64,000 nucleotides of DNA from Eledone cirrhosa (GCA_964016885.1 OZ024743.1:349928001-349992000); one strand, 5' to 3'; positions 1-14,581 are shown, numbered from the stretch's first letter. Program-made: numbers and translations. Notes: a model not told the origin generated them from the letters alone.

Positions 1-49
<49 letters not shown>

Positions 50-108
50 ATGTGCGTGTGTACGTAAAAATATATACGTATATGCATACATGCATATATA
101 TATATATG

Positions 109-150
<42 letters not shown>

Positions 151-360
151 GTGTGTACATAAATATATATCTGTATGTGTATATATGCATATGTATGTAT
201 ATATATTTATATATGCATGTACACATACACACGCATACATATATAAATGTTTGTGCGTGTATGTGAGTGTGTACGTGTGCTCGTGTGTATTCGTGTATGA
301 CTGAGAGAGAACGCATGTATGTGTTTGTGTAGGTGAATACGTGTGTGTATGTATGTATGC
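1..360. repeat. (TG)n/(TA)n microsatellite tract
   Basis: Dinucleotide repeats seen directly. Representative of dozens of TA, TG, CT, CATA, CAT and TTC tracts across the window. Confidence 0.95.
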
Positions 361-864
361 TAGAAAAAGTATGATCGATGGTGATATAGAGGTAGAGAGA
401 AAAAAGACAGAGAGCGTGGTGGAGGAGATGCAAAACGTGAGTGAAATTCATTGTAAATGTGTAAGTATGCTATTGCTTCATATGTTAGTAATAACATGTT
501 AGTAGAATGTGTGTGAAGAAATATCTCAGGGAAAATATGTGGAGTGGAAAATAGCATTTGTTCAGCAATAATATAAAATTCCAATAAATAACATTTTTGC
601 ATATTCTTGTGTGTGGGGGGGGGTGCGTGCGTGTGTGTGTGTGTTTTGCTGTTGTTGTTGTTGTTGTTGTGTTTTTTTTTTTTGGGGGGGGGGGTTATTG
701 GCATGTCGATTATCGCAGTAGATTAGGTTTATAACTAATTGTATGACTATACAATCCTGATATCATTAACACAGAATACAATGACTATGACGAGCATTTA
801 AACATCTGGCATAATGCTGGAATTAACATTATGATGTTTCGTTATATCGTATTGATAGATAACG

Positions 865-1680
865 TTCGACACGGCGTGAAGAGGGGGACTGTGGCAAATC
901 CTAGAAAACCTGGGCTTCCAACAAAGTTCCCCACCATGATCACACAGCTCCATGGTGGGCAGCGTGGTCAAGTCACATTGGCAAATGACCTGGCCCAGCC
1001 CTTTTAATCACCAACCGTGTGAAGCAATGTTGCCTTCTTGCTCTCACTCGGTTCATTATATCATTCAGCATGATACTGAAACGAGCCACTAAAGACCTGC
1101 GAGAGGACGAGGAATGCCGATAGAAGCCTCTTCAAACTACGGTGGCTGAAGGAAAACACCAAAATACAGAAAAACTGATCCGGCAGTTTGATGACGATGC
1201 CACACTTGTTGTGCACACTGGAAGAGATATGCAGCGCTTTACTTTATGGTTCTTAAATGCTTCAGACCTATTTGGGCTAGGCGTCTGCTTGAAGAATACA
1301 AGTCCTCACCCAGCCTGATACCCATGATGCATACCATCCACCAAATATTTCCTTCAAGCAGGCCAAGATAAATGTGGTACAGCAGTTCTGTTACCTAGAG
1401 AGTATCAATTCCACCGATACTAGAATCGACAAGGAATTGGGCAACAGACTAACCAAAACCAGCAGTGACTTTGGGATACAAGAGAGTATGGAAAAATAAC
1501 AACCTCAAAGCAGAGATAAAGCTCAGCGTCTATAGGGCCACTCTACTAAAAACTTAGCTGCGCTGGGCAGAGCATGTTTGCAGAATGGAATACCATCGAT
1601 TGCCAAAAATCGTACATTTTTGGGATATCAAAACGGTGATGCACCCAAGAAGCGGTACACATCCATGCTAAAAAATGACC
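865..1680 (+). mobile_element. Degenerate RTE/BovB-like LINE RT fragment
   Basis: Frameshifted translation resembles FDT..REGLWQILE.LG.P.KF..MI.QLHG, VKQCCLLA (VKQGCVLA), FDDDA (FADD) and QFCYLES (F.YLGS). Confidence 0.7.
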
Positions 1681-2914
1681 CTTACCAGTGGAATACAAAG
1701 ACGACTGACCGCAATGCTTAGCGCTGCACCACCTCACAGGCTACCTACGCATTTAAGGAAAATTGTCATATCAGTTTTGAGGAGAGGAGAGCCCGGCAGA
1801 AGTTGTGTCAGGATTGAGCCAACACAAACATTTTCGTGCGCAGCTGTGGGCAGATCTACTGATCTCAGATCGGTCATATCAATTGCCAGCATCCATGCAC
1901 GTAGGGGAACAGAGGGAACGCAACCTTTAGGTATCTTCGTATCGAAGTCATCGCCATCATTTATAGAGATAACAATGTTATAAGAAAATCTCCATCATGT
2001 TGTTGGCATATTTATACACTAACTTAGCAACATAATATTGTGTTAAATTTATAAGTAAATATCTCGAAATAATCCAGTGATATTTATGTGATTATAACAG
2101 AAAATTTATGAGAAATTTATTGTAGATATACTCTACAGTTTATAAACCATGCTGTGAAAATGTAAACAAATGTGATTAATATTCTGATTTGCTCGTATAC
2201 AAAAATACAGAAGAAATTATCTCTACATGTTTTATAGCAAATTGGTTGTTTCTCAATAGACAAGTACCATTATCTTTCACTACATTAAGGGAGATATAGT
2301 TAAACGATGTTCATATCGAACACGATCTAGGAATTAACTGAGATGCTCTTGACAGTCAGGCGTATAACCTGATTTTTTTTTTATAAGACCAGCGCAAAGA
2401 GGAGTGGGGATCCACTCGGCCTGCTTTCCTTTGCGTATCGGTTATTGCTCCAATTGTCAGAGGATCTGTAAAGGAAATTAATGAAGCCTTTTCCTCCTGA
2501 GACGTGTATTTAATTAAACATGAATTTTAATTAAATAATATCAATGCCTCCTCCCTAACAAAAACACAAAACCGATAAACCTGTAAATTAGCTATATCAC
2601 TAAAACAGTCTAATTCAGAATAAAGCATATATGAACATTTATGTATTATGTTTATATATAATAATGATATTATATTTTCTGCATATATTTTAATCTAACA
2701 TCTACCTCAGCACCCATGTACGTGTGTTGTATTTCAGGACGTTTAAGCCACGAACAACAGACGCTCAGTTTCAACACTTCAACTGCTTTGGACATAAGTG
2801 GATATATATATGTTGAAATATGTTATGTTTATAATCAATATGTTATATTTCTACTAACTACCCTGCAGTGATGTAGTGAACACTGTTAAGTGTTAAACTG
2901 TGTTGTGTAAAGAT

Positions 2915-4010
2915 ACACACACAAGTACACCAAGTCCGAAAATAGAAGATACGAACTCCCACTGTCTTCACCTCCGTCTCTCACTATTAGGAGCAAACGG
3001 GGTTCCACGCCTTGGCCACCCTACGACTCCGGCGGACATAATAGAGACGGCGTTTCCAGGAGGATGGTAAGGGAGACACACAGGAAGATCCATTCCAGCT
3101 CGTGAGGCTCACACTTGCGGCTCGCCAGCTCAGCGGGTGGTGAGTAGGGAGGTGGCCCTAGGGCCAACAACACCAGAAGTCTCCAATGCTAAGGGCTCGA
3201 CTGCAAACATGCCAGAGAGCGACCAATATTTTGAGATTTTACCCCACTCAGCCCGAAGTGCAGCTGAGCCTGAGTTGGTCGCAGAATACACCAAGTTGCC
3301 GCTGGAGATGGGTCGCTGCATATGGCATCCCAGACGAGGGGTTTACAACTGCGGAACGGGAAAAGGGTCATGCCGTCTGGCTTTTTGCCGTCTCCTCGGT
3401 CCAGTGCCACTGGCTCGAGCTGGGAAGGAATCCTGAAGCATCCAAGCCATGCTCTATGAGGTCGTTGCGAGCAGCCTTACGTGGAATGCGACCCGCACTC
3501 TAACGACAGGACAGCAGATAGAGGTCGAAAGGATCTACGGTGGATCCGCAAAGACATGTGTGTGGCTCGCAGATCCAGAGGCCGAGGCTCAGGGAAATTC
3601 CCGATTCGCAGGCTATCATCCAGTATGGTCGTGGGGTGTGGAGTGGGGTGGCTTTGACTTCAACAGCGGGAAAAGGAGAACGGACGTCTACTGGCCTGAG
3701 TCCGAGCCGATTCCAAATCTCGCAGGCGGTCTCACGTTCCTCGATCACAGTGGGTTCTATTGTTTTGGAGAAACTTGTTGATGTGGACGTAGCAATGGGT
3801 TACCGACGAAAGAATCGCCGGCAAAGCCAGCTAAACTGGGTGGCGGAGTCCAAAGACCACATTCCTAATAGGTAAGGTAGCCATCCAAGTTTGTCAAACT
3901 TGACGTTACATATCTCCTCGGCTGCCGCTCGGATACAAGTGTCGAGGTCATCAAGAAGAGATGCGTGGCTGTAGCAAGGAGTTCTACGAAGTGTGTAGAG
4001 GAGATGCGTT
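2915..4010 (-). mobile_element. CRE-like non-LTR retrotransposon 3' fragment (restriction-like endonuclease)
   Basis: Minus-strand ICEPHTCLCGSTVD zinc motif and LDRGDGKKPDGMTLFPF..KPLVWDAIC (RPDG...WD RLE motif). 3' tail matches the copy at 42090-42180. Confidence 0.75.
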
Positions 4011-4577
4011 ACTTACTATATGGTACTAAGGTAGAAGACAATATCTACTTATAGATTTTGTAAACAAACTAATTTTATAGTTTATTTACATATAGGATAA
4101 GCTTGAATGGCTAGCATTAAGTATTGATAATACTAACGCATTCTGCTTGAGAATAAATGTGTGTATGGGCCTATTTACAATATATTTACGTTTTAAATAG
4201 CAGAAATACCACCTTCCGGGTCCTTTCCTGCACGTATGTATGTTTGGTAATGTATCTCAATAAAGACAAACTTATAGAAAGGGAAACATACTTTTGTCGT
4301 GCAAATGATACGAGCCCTTACTGACGCATTACATTCTGCGATTTATTGATTTCTAATTTTAACGCATGTCCATGAAAATTGAGGTAAGGTAAAAGTTTAT
4401 TAAATCAATATCGGTAGTTTCCTGATACTTTTATTTTATTGACTCCGGAAGAATTAATACAAAGTTGACCTCAGCATAATTTGAACAATTGTTTAATTTA
4501 TTACATTGACATTTAATTTCTAAAACATGGAGACTCCCGTAACTTAAGTAACCTAAAATGGCATACGAACAAGTAAT

Positions 4578-6700
4578 CATCATCATCATTCGTCGACTAC
4601 TGTCGAGATGATGGATCTCACTCTCATGCCCCAGAATTCCCTGTCCCTCATCGCTGCCCCTAGGTCCTGTCTACTGATTCCCGTATCCCTAGAGATAACG
4701 TCAGGGAATGACAGCTTCCTACTACTAGTCAGGCTGGAGTCAGGGTTCCAGAGCAAGAGAGCGGATATGATTTCATTGCCGGAACGCTGACAGTGGCCAG
4801 CAAATTGAACTCTCCGGGATTTTAGAAGGGTAGAGGCTCGAGGGAGTTTGCCATAGATTTTAGACAAGGTGGGATGTCGTTTCCAGGATAGGTTTTGCAC
4901 TCTCATTAAGAGGCGGGTATGTGTGCCATCCAATCTCCTCTCAAGTTGTGATGTTAGTGTCCAAGTTTCGGATCCATAAATTAATATGGGCTTAATGGTT
5001 GCTTGGAATATTTCCAGTTTTAGCTTGTTGGTAAGTTGAGATGTCCATATGGCGTGCATGTCATTGCACGCTGACCATGCCATACCCTTCCTGGTTAGAA
5101 AATCTTTTTTGGAGGAGGAGATATATGAGCCAAGATACTTGTAATCTTCCACCTGCATAAGGGTGGTACCATTAAGGGTTCTGATGGGATAGTTTGGGCT
5201 GTTTGTGCATCTGTTCACATACTCAGTCTTGGATTCGTTGAGGTACAGTCCAACACAGTTGGACGCTTGCTCTAATGACTTCAAAAGACTCGCAGCATTT
5301 TCCAGTGACCGACTGATCAATGCGATGTCGTCAGCAAAGTCGGTGTCGGTTAAGTAATTTTCTGGGTAGCGTGAGCTTCTCCTAGGCTGTAGTTGGTATC
5401 CCCTATCCTGAATCCTATCCACAGACATGCGCAAAACATAATCCACAACAATGATAAATAGATACGGAGCAAGGGTATCGCCCTGTAAAATTCCAGCGAG
5501 GATTGAGAAAGGTGGTGTTTCCCCATCTGGGGTCAGGACAGTTGATTTGGTATCTGTATACATTACACATATGGCCGCGATGATTTTATCAGGAATCCCA
5601 TAGAGTTGTATAATTTCAAACATCCCCGACCTGTCAACTGAGTCGAAGGCTTTTGAAAAATCAACAAAGATGAGTGCAAGGTCTAGATTGCGGTTTTGGG
5701 ACTCCTCTATAAGTCGGCGAAGGCAGAGAATCTGATCTACCTCTCCTAAATCCATTCTGGTTGTTACGAAGGATTGGCTCAAGAAATGGGATTAAGCGGT
5801 TAAGAAGAAGCTTGTTGTATATTTTTGCAGCAATTGCCATGAGAGAAATTCCTCTATAGTTGGTGGCTAAAGAAAGATCTCCTATTTTGGGCATGGGGAT
5901 AATTTGAGCTGCATGCCAGGCGCTAGGTGGTTTATTGGTCTCGAAAGTATGGTTACATAAGTTGAGCAAAAGGATGTGGAAATGCTCATCCTTCCAAATC
6001 ATGGTAGGTATATTATCCGGCCCAAAGGCTTTTGAGGCTTTGAGCTGTTTGATGGCTTCTTTGAGCTCAGGCATTGTGAAAGGAGAGGTGTTGATTCCTA
6101 AAGGCTCTGAAACCTGAACGGATGGCAGTTGATAGTTATCAGGGAGTCTGGCCTTTTTGCCTAGAAGGTTTTTAAAATGAGCAGACCAATTTTCAAGACG
6201 TTTTTTGGCAGAGCCTCCTTTGATTCTAACTGCAGAGTTTGAGTTTTTGCCTGAAAGATCTTTGACAACCTTCCAAGCAAGATGATGGTGTTTGCTGATG
6301 TGATGTTGCAATAGCTGATCAATCCTACCTGAGATATAGTCGGCTTCAGCATTAAGATAAGCGTCGTCTAGTGATTTTTTGGCCAAGATAAGCTGTATCT
6401 TTTTCCCTTGAGATGGTGATTGATGGTGAGATTGGGATATTGACCTAAGATGTGCCCTTGCCTCAACTACCTTCTCTGAGGCACTAGCTTTCATTTGGCT
6501 TCGGCTTTTCTTTTTAGGTAGGGTGGCAAGTGCAACTTCCTCTGTCGATTGCTTAAGACAGTCATACACATCCTCAATATTATCGTCATTGATGTCAGAA
6601 GTTGAGAGAGATTGAAATCTGTTATAGACTTGAAGCGTGAAGCTATTGGATAGTTGTTTGTTGGAAGAAACGGCTTTCCAGTCTATTCTTTTCATGGGAT
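4578..6700 (-). mobile_element. 5'-truncated RTE-clade LINE
   Basis: ORFs 5661-6722 and 4586-5782 give NYRGISL, QNGFR, DFSKAFDSV, GILQGDTLAP, DFADD and YKYLGS. One frameshift near 5740. (TGA)n tail. Candidate TSD gaacaa(g/a)taat at 4567-4577 and 6701-6711. Confidence 0.9.
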
Positions 6701-7399
6701 GAACAAATAATAAGTCCATCACATCTTTGATAAATTCGAATATGTACCAAATTTCGAATAAATGTTTTTATTGATTCTCGGATATTCCATAGCTTCTATC
6801 ATAGGAGGACGATGTGTATTGAATCTTTTGTAATAAAAGGTAAAACTAGTTTTCATTGACTGGAGAGCAACACTTGCACGACATATTTAGTTTTGCGGTT
6901 TATATACTTTAATACTTCACAACGATAATTATAGTTGCTGTCATTGTTTTATGTGTGGATACACTATGCATATGTGAGTGCATATATGTGCTTGTCTGAC
7001 TGTCTGGGTCAGCATATCTGTTTGTTTGATAATTTCAGTAGGTACGCTATATGTTTTGTTATTGTATTGTCCCACTCAGTCCTAAAGATACTCGTATAAT
7101 GTAAATTCATTTCATTTATTGTTTATTCACTAGTAGCTAAAGCTTTATAAACTACCGATACAACTGTATCGCATTATGCACGGAAATGGTGTTATTGTAT
7201 AACCTGTAGTAGGCGGCCGAAGGAGGAACGTTGTCCGTGTCTCCATTCGTTTCTGTGTTTTATACATGTTTATCTTCAATGTGCTAAATAATTTAGCAAT
7301 ATCTCCACTGCTGCCTTAAACCCTTCCTCGCCAACGTTCTTCCCCCTGCTACCCCCAACCCGTACTTAAATATCCTTTTCGCTGAAACCTGGCATTTCA

Positions 7400-7960
7400 G
7401 CCATGCCAAATTCCTTAGCCGTTGCCTTCATGTCCATCTCATTTCCCAGGGATTTCGCCTCCACTTCCACGCCACCCACTCTTCCCCCTCACTGAACACA
7501 TCCTCACCCATTCCCCCGTCTTCTCAAACGCGCCACACTCCGCAACCTCCATCGCGGCCTCCTTTAAACTTTTCTTATTCGCTGTTCCACCTGTCACCAC
7601 ATCCTCACCCATTCTGTCATTCTCTTTATCCAAAATCTCTACCACGAACCTTTCTCTTTCCACGCCGCCACCAAACTTCACAAACTAGATTGCCTCCTTA
7701 CCCTTCCTCAACACATGGCCTTGCCATCTCATTCCAATTCTCTTCATAACACCCACCATTGGCTCTATTCCTATTCCTCTCACCAAGTCACTTTCATCCT
7801 TCCTCAACACATGACCCAGCCATCTCATTCCATTTCTCTTATTCTCACCCCACAACCCCACCACGAACCATCCACCCAGCTCACTACCAACACACCCTCC
7901 TCTCATCACTCTCACGTCGCCCAACTTCTCCAACTCCCAGCGAACATATTTGGAAGAAAA
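7400..7960 (-). mobile_element. Degenerate RTE-like LINE C-terminal fragment
   Basis: Two MRW(L/Q)GHVLRK motifs, typical of the RTE C-terminal region, on the minus strand. Confidence 0.5.
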
Positions 7961-8069
7961 AACATGACATAGAGTGCTTGAATCGAATTGCATCCACAAA
8001 CCCGATAACTCGCCGCACTCCGGGATTACGAAACTGTTGTAGAGCTTCCATCATCAGATCTCATTATGT

Positions 8070-8250
8070 AATTGGCAGTATCAGTAGAGAGTCGGGCGCC
8101 ATGCTTTCCAGCATAGTTACGTCCCTTTACGGTCTGAGTTCAAATCCCGCCGAGGTTCACTTTGCCTTTCATCCTTACGGGGTCGATAAAATAAAGTACC
8201 AGTAATGTACTGATAATTGCTGGCCTTGTGCCAAAAGTAGAAACAATTAT
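8070..8250 (+). mobile_element. tRNA-derived SINE with MetaSINE-like core
   Basis: A-box-like tggcagtatc..tagag, B-box gttcaaatcc, core tttgcctttcatccttacggggtcgataaaataaagtaccag, tail ccttgtgcc.aaagtagaaacaattat. Repeated more than 10 times in the window. Confidence 0.85.
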
Positions 8251-8391
8251 GTAATAAGTTTACATTTCCGAGGCAACCCAATCTAAAGACAAAGGGCTCA
8301 TTAACATCTACAACGAACTTCGCATTTTCCTTACTCTCTCTCTATATATATATGTGTGTGTGTATGTATGTATATATATAAACACACACAC

Positions 8392-8480
<89 letters not shown>

Positions 8481-8487
8481 ATATATA

Positions 8488-9203
8488 TAAACGGAAAAAA
8501 ATGAAACGAAATTTCATTTCCCACTCTTAGTACGGCTGTTACTTAAATATAAGTATGTACACGTACATACATATATGTATACAGAGGTACAGTAGTATGT
8601 ATATATATATACATACATGCACACATATATATGTACGTATGGATTCACCGAACATTTATTATAATGCTCGGTGTGTTTGTAAACAAACATCCCTTATTAA
8701 GCCGTAGTGTCTAGCAACCACTGTTGCTCGTTTGTTCAACACTGACAAAGGAACGCTGTACTAGTTTCAAGCTTATTAGCTATCGTCAGCAACGTATACC
8801 TTCCTGCCAGATGGGTGAACGTATATACATACCTTATGCATATTGACGGTTGAGTAGCCCAATTTGCATATCGAGTGGGTTAATCAGCCGGGTGCACCGA
8901 AAACGATAAACGGAAAAAATGAAACGAAATTTCATTTCCCACTCTTAGTACGGCTGTTACTTAAATATAAGTATGTACACGTACATACATATATGTATAC
9001 AGACGTACAGTAGTATGTATATATATATACATACATGCACACATATATATATGTACGTATGGATTCACCGAACATTTATTTTAATGCTCGGTGTGTTTGT
9101 AAACAAACATCCCGTATTAAGCCGTAGTGTCTAGCAACCATCGTTGCTCGTTTGTTCAACACTGACAAAGGAACGCTGTACTAGTTTCAAGCTTATTAGC
9201 TAT
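8488..9203. repeat. Direct repeat of about 295 bp (8488-8783, 8908-9203) between TA tracts
   Basis: Near-identical copies starting aaacggaaaaaatgaaacgaaatttcatttccc and ending caagcttattagctat. Confidence 0.9.
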
Positions 9204-9316
9204 ACATATATATATACATATAGACATATATATATGTATATATATATATACATATACATATGTATATATATATACAATATATTAACAAATGGAAACTATA
9301 TTTATAAAACCATATT

Positions 9317-9382
9317 TATTTCATTATATATATTTCAAGGGCCACCAAGGAAAACTATGGTGCACTTTCATCAGATAAAATA
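9317..9382 (-). ncRNA. Minimal type-I hammerhead ribozyme (PLE pLTR)
   Basis: Reverse complement: TATTTTAT-CTGATGA-stem II (AAGTGCACCA...TGGTGGCCCTT)-GAAA-T[ATAT]A-TA-ATGAAATA. Confidence 0.8.
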
Positions 9383-10986
9383 TAATATAGGTTAGTTTTA
9401 TAAATATTGACATACCCTGAAAAAATGCAACCATTCTAGTTGGAAACTCCTTTATAGTGGAGTTATTAGATTTATTGTTGGTGTATTATGCAGTCATCTG
9501 ATTCCACCCAAATAACTGATCTTTTATTAATAATACTCTACATAGGAAAATACCGGAGATGACCGGAGGTTTATATCGCGACGATATGCTATTACTTATA
9601 GAAAATAATAATAACTGTGAATTAAATAGGAAAAGTAAAGAAATTATACAATTTTTTAATTACCTTAATCTTAAAGTAGAAATAGAGAATAATTATAAAA
9701 TAGTTAACTTTTTAGATGTAACTTTAAACCTTAACAAAGGTCTTTATTATCCATTTCACAAAATAAACGAGAACTTAAACTACGTTAATTTTAATTCCAA
9801 TCACCCCAGATCCGTTAAAAACACTATAGTAAACTCTGTGCAGCAACGTATTTCTAGAATTTCAGCTAATAAGAATATTTTTGAAGATAAAGCGCAATAT
9901 TATAACGAAGCGTTAGGTAGAGCTGGATATAGTAATAAAATTAAATACATTGATAGTAATGATAAGATAAATAACCATAATTTTAACAACTATAATAGAA
10001 AACCTTACAATAATTCGAGAAACAAAAAAAAGAAATAGAACTAGGAATATATTATGGTTCGCTCCTCCTTTCTCATTAACTATTGCTAAATTATTTTTTA
10101 AAGCTCTAGATAAATGCTTCCCTAGTATTACTCAATATTTAATAGACATACTATAAAATTAATGTATTCAACCACCAGTAATTTAGCGCAGAATATTAAT
10201 AGAATTAATAATAGAAACTTAAAACCTCAGCAATATCCAACTCAAATTTTAATAAATGTAACTGTAGAAATAAATCTAACTGTCCATTAAATAACAATTG
10301 TTTAGTTAAAAATATAGTATATAATTGTAATGTAAAAACTAATTTAAATTCATTTAATTACGTAGGCTCCACCTCCTCAGATTTTAAGTCCTGTTTTAAT
10401 AACCATAAATGCTCTTTTACGAATATAAATAAAAATTCTTCAACATCTCTATCTAATTTACTATGGGACCTAAAATCAAAGAACACTAACTATTCTTTAC
10501 TTTGGAATATTATCTCCAAAGCTCCTCCATTCAATGCTTCTTCTGAAAATTGTGCTCTTTGTATAGAGGAAATATTCTTTATATTAAAAAGTAAGAATTC
10601 TGTTATTTAAGAAATAATCTTTTCAGTTATTGTAAACATAGATTGAACTCAACGTTTAAATATATATATAAAATGTAATACATAACTCATCTTTATTAAA
10701 CCTAAAGATAATTCATTAGATTCCTTCATATGACTGCTTATATCTCTCTTAAAAAGATTTTTTCTTGAAAAACTTTTCTTGATAAACGTACCGAAAGATT
10801 TGAAGAAGGAGTTTTTTTCTGAAAATTCATATGATGGGTACAAAGAAATTATAATTCATAATTCATATTTTATACTGTGTATTTTATTTTCTATATTCTT
10901 ATATTTTTTAAAAATTATAATTCATTTTTTAAATTATAATTCATATTTTATATTGTATATTTTGTATTTATGTATTTTTCAAATGC

Positions 10987-11035
<49 letters not shown>

Positions 11036-11961
11036 TATATCTCTTATGAAAGAGTTTTTTTATGGTTTATGCTTTGGATATATTCATATGAAAGAATGTT
11101 TAAATGTTAATACGTTATAGCAAACAAATTTATGTTTTTAACAGTCATAAATGTATAACAGGTAGAGTTATAAAATTATAACTTGCTATAAAATAACATA
11201 AGATTCATACTCTAATTACATTATTAAGATGGAAAATTTAATTTTTTAACATCTTAACTTTATAGCATTTAATCCTTAGAGCTATCTAAATTATTAATAA
11301 ATCGCTAGCAATTTCCTTTACGCTCTACTGCTATTACAAATAAGGGATTATTCTTCTGTAAACTCTCGGAATTTCCATGAGCTTAGAAATATTCGGATAT
11401 TTTAAACTTACAAATTTTTTTAATATTTAACTAATAATTAATAAAATTATATTTGGTTTTGTAATAATAAAATATTTTCTAATAATATATATTTTAATAA
11501 TATATATTCTTTAATAATATATAGGTCTCAACTTTAATAATCTAACATACACATTTAAACATTTAAACTACGGATTGAATTGATAAATTATTAATTAAGC
11601 ATTTAATCAAATGTATTAATTAAACATTAGATAAAATTCTTCAACTTATCTTTATTATTGTTTATCCAGGTTACGGTATTCATCCACGCTATATTTATTT
11701 CTTCGCCTCTTCTCTCAAAATTACGCTATTAAATATACTCAGGTTTTTTTCTCTTTCTTTCTATCGTTTTTTTCTTTCTTTCTTTTTTTCCATATTCCAA
11801 CGGCTTAATTTAAATATACTGTTATTTAAACCTTTCCGACACTAATTTGCATAATAAACCAACAATAAATCTAATAACTCCACTATCCAGGAGATTCCAA
11901 CCAGAATGGTTGCATTTTTTCAGGGTGTGTCAATATTTATTTATAAAACTAACCTATATTA

Positions 11962-12027
11962 TATTTTATCTGATGAAAGCGCACCATAGTTTGCCTTGGT
12001 GGCCCTTGAAATATGTATAATGAAATA
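11962..12027 (+). ncRNA. Minimal type-I hammerhead ribozyme (PLE pLTR)
   Basis: TATTTTAT-CTGATGA-AAGCGCACCA...TGGTGGCCCTT-GAAA-T[ATGT]A-TA-ATGAAATA. Confidence 0.8.
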
Positions 12028-12139
12028 AATATGGTTTTATAAATATAGTTTCCATTTGTTAATATATTGTATATTTACTCCAATAATTTGTTATAAAAAT
12101 ATTTTGCTTATTGTATCCCAACAAATTAAATATAACCTC

Positions 12140-12179
<40 letters not shown>

Positions 12180-12230
12180 ATACATGTATATATATATGTG
12201 TGTGAGTGCGAGTTTATTCGTGTGTGTGTG

Positions 12231-12302
<72 letters not shown>

Positions 12303-12467
12303 ACTCTCTCTCACTCACTCTCTCTATTATATTATATTATTTATGTACTTTCACGAACGAAAGAGCGCTACCTAAGTGTTCAAAATCTCAATATTGACCC
12401 TATCTGCAGATTGCAAGAGCGATCAAATTTCTTTCATAAACATATAGATACATATATATACATGTAC

Positions 12468-12515
<48 letters not shown>

Positions 12516-12517
12516 CA

Positions 12518-12548
<31 letters not shown>

Positions 12549-13671
12549 TTGTGTGTGTAGCGTATATATATATATATATATACACTAAACAAACACATAT
12601 ATATATATATATTGTGTCACTGCTTTTTGCATACCCTATGATACTCACAAATAATATATGAGAAAATGTAATAAATATAATAGATTTATGATAGACATTA
12701 TTTTCTCCTTTTATAACAAACATAACTTGGTATGTTTACTGGTTCTTCAGCTTTTTTACTTCTACTTCGACAAGAAATATGTCACCGCTATCTTTAAAAT
12801 AATCATAACTCACATTTAACATCAAACCACCACCATCCTATTCATTAACCTCACAACCTAGCGTTTCATATATGATCCTTTATATATGTATGTGTATGTT
12901 CGTCTGTATATATACGTATATGTATATATACACACACACACACACGCGCACACACACATACACACACACACACACACACACATACACACATACACACATA
13001 CGCACGCACACACAGATATATATATATATACATCTCATTGTAGTCATTCTCCTCGCTGTAAAGCTTTACAAATCTGTGTCTCTGTTACCTCACGGGAAAT
13101 TTTTCAGAAAGTTTGCTTATTGTCGACAAACGCCATCTAATATAATTTGTGTGGCTCCTGTCAAGGGTTTTGGAGTACTTTATTAGGAGGAAAGTTATCA
13201 ATGTTTCACTACCACTCTATTCCTTTGGGGTATAAGCTGTCAGCTTTACATTGCATGGCTGATCTTTTACTAATGGCAGCCAATCTTGTTGTATACTTGA
13301 CGATGCGGTTTGAAATATTCCCTCGGGAAAAGTTGTGAGATCGTCATTCTGTACAACCATTATCGGAAATCGAATTTGGAAGCTATGGAGTTCAATAAAC
13401 GAATATTGCCTTATATTAAAAATTGAATAACAAAAATTCCGTCATGCGCAGTGAGTTACAAAAGGACTACCAGTGTGACATATGACATTGCACTTTGTCG
13501 TTCTTTTCCAAAATCATCTAAATAATAGAAAGCCGTTTTATAAATATTTTGTAACTCAACCCAAGCATTACAGGAAGTGATTTTCAGACGTTGTGTGAAC
13601 AGTATTCCACCAGGAATAATGAAGGTCAGTTTTAAGCATTTTTATACACGTACATGTATATATATATATAT

Positions 13672-13694
<23 letters not shown>

Positions 13695-13712
<18 letters not shown>

Positions 13713-13880
13713 TGTCTTTGAGTTTGTGTGTATGTAGATGTAATACATATATATATGTATATACATACACACACATATATATATATATACATATATATGT
13801 GTGTGTGTATGTATATACATATATATATATGTATTACATCTACATACACACAAACTCAAAGACAAGCACACACACACACG
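13695..13880. repeat. Inverted repeat (fold-back)
   Basis: gtgcttgtctttgagtttgtgtgtatgtagatgtaatac is mirrored as gtattacatctacatacacacaaactcaaagacaagcac. Confidence 0.9.
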
Positions 13881-13965
13881 CGGTTCTTATATATTTTATA
13901 TATATTTATCCTTATCGAGCCCTCTTTGGATTTTAGTCTTCAAATTTATTATTATTACTATATAC

Positions 13966-14157
13966 AGGGCGGTGGATTGGCAGTATTGGTAGAGGGTCGG
14001 ACGCCATGCTTTGACGTATAGAGTTACGGCCATTGCCATTCTGAGTTCAAATCCCGCCGAGGTTAATTTTGCCTTTCATCCTTACGGGGTCGATAAAATA
14101 AAGTACCAGTAATGCACTGGTGAATTGCTGGCCTTGTGCCTAACGTAGAAACAATTA
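13966..14157 (+). mobile_element. SINE, full length
   Basis: Same family as 8070-8250, with 5' ggcggtggattggcagtat. Confidence 0.85.
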
Positions 14158-14581
14158 ATATATATATATACTATATGTATATACTCCTTTCGCTCTGCGT
14201 GTAAATCCAGCCGATATCAACCTTTCCTTTTATTCTACTGTATTTGATAAAATAGAGTACCAGGTAATTATTGGGCTTGAGCTAATGAACTTTCCTTTCC
14301 GCTTAAATTGTTGATATTGTCCCTAAACTTATACAATATCTACATATATATATATATATATACATGTATATATATTTAGAGAGAGAGATATATAGATATA
14401 TAGATATATAGATATAGATAGAGACACAATCTTCCAATTTTGTTTACTTTGTTTTATACTCTCACGTTGTTTGTCTGCTCCCACGTTCTAATTGTACCGT
14501 ATACATGGAAGTAAACATACGTGCATACATATATTACATACACACACACACATACATACAGACACACACAGACACACACAA

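Larger units (their letters stand above)
9270..12075 (+). mobile_element. Penelope-like element (5'-truncated RT + GIY-YIG) with inverted pLTR of about 200 bp
   Basis: GLYRDDML and VNFLDVTLNL..YPFHK (RT/thumb). Then CRNKSNCPLNNNCLVKNIVY...YVGST...FKS.FNNH (GIY-YIG, frameshifted, 10260-10650). 9270-9482 is the reverse complement of 11857-12075. Confidence 0.85.

Noticed and set aside
2738-2800. Possible exon after tttcag
   Set aside because: No recognisable protein similarity and a weak donor.
8135-8150. tRNA genes suggested by gttcaaatcc
   Set aside because: B-box of SINE heads; no cloverleaf or anticodon arm.
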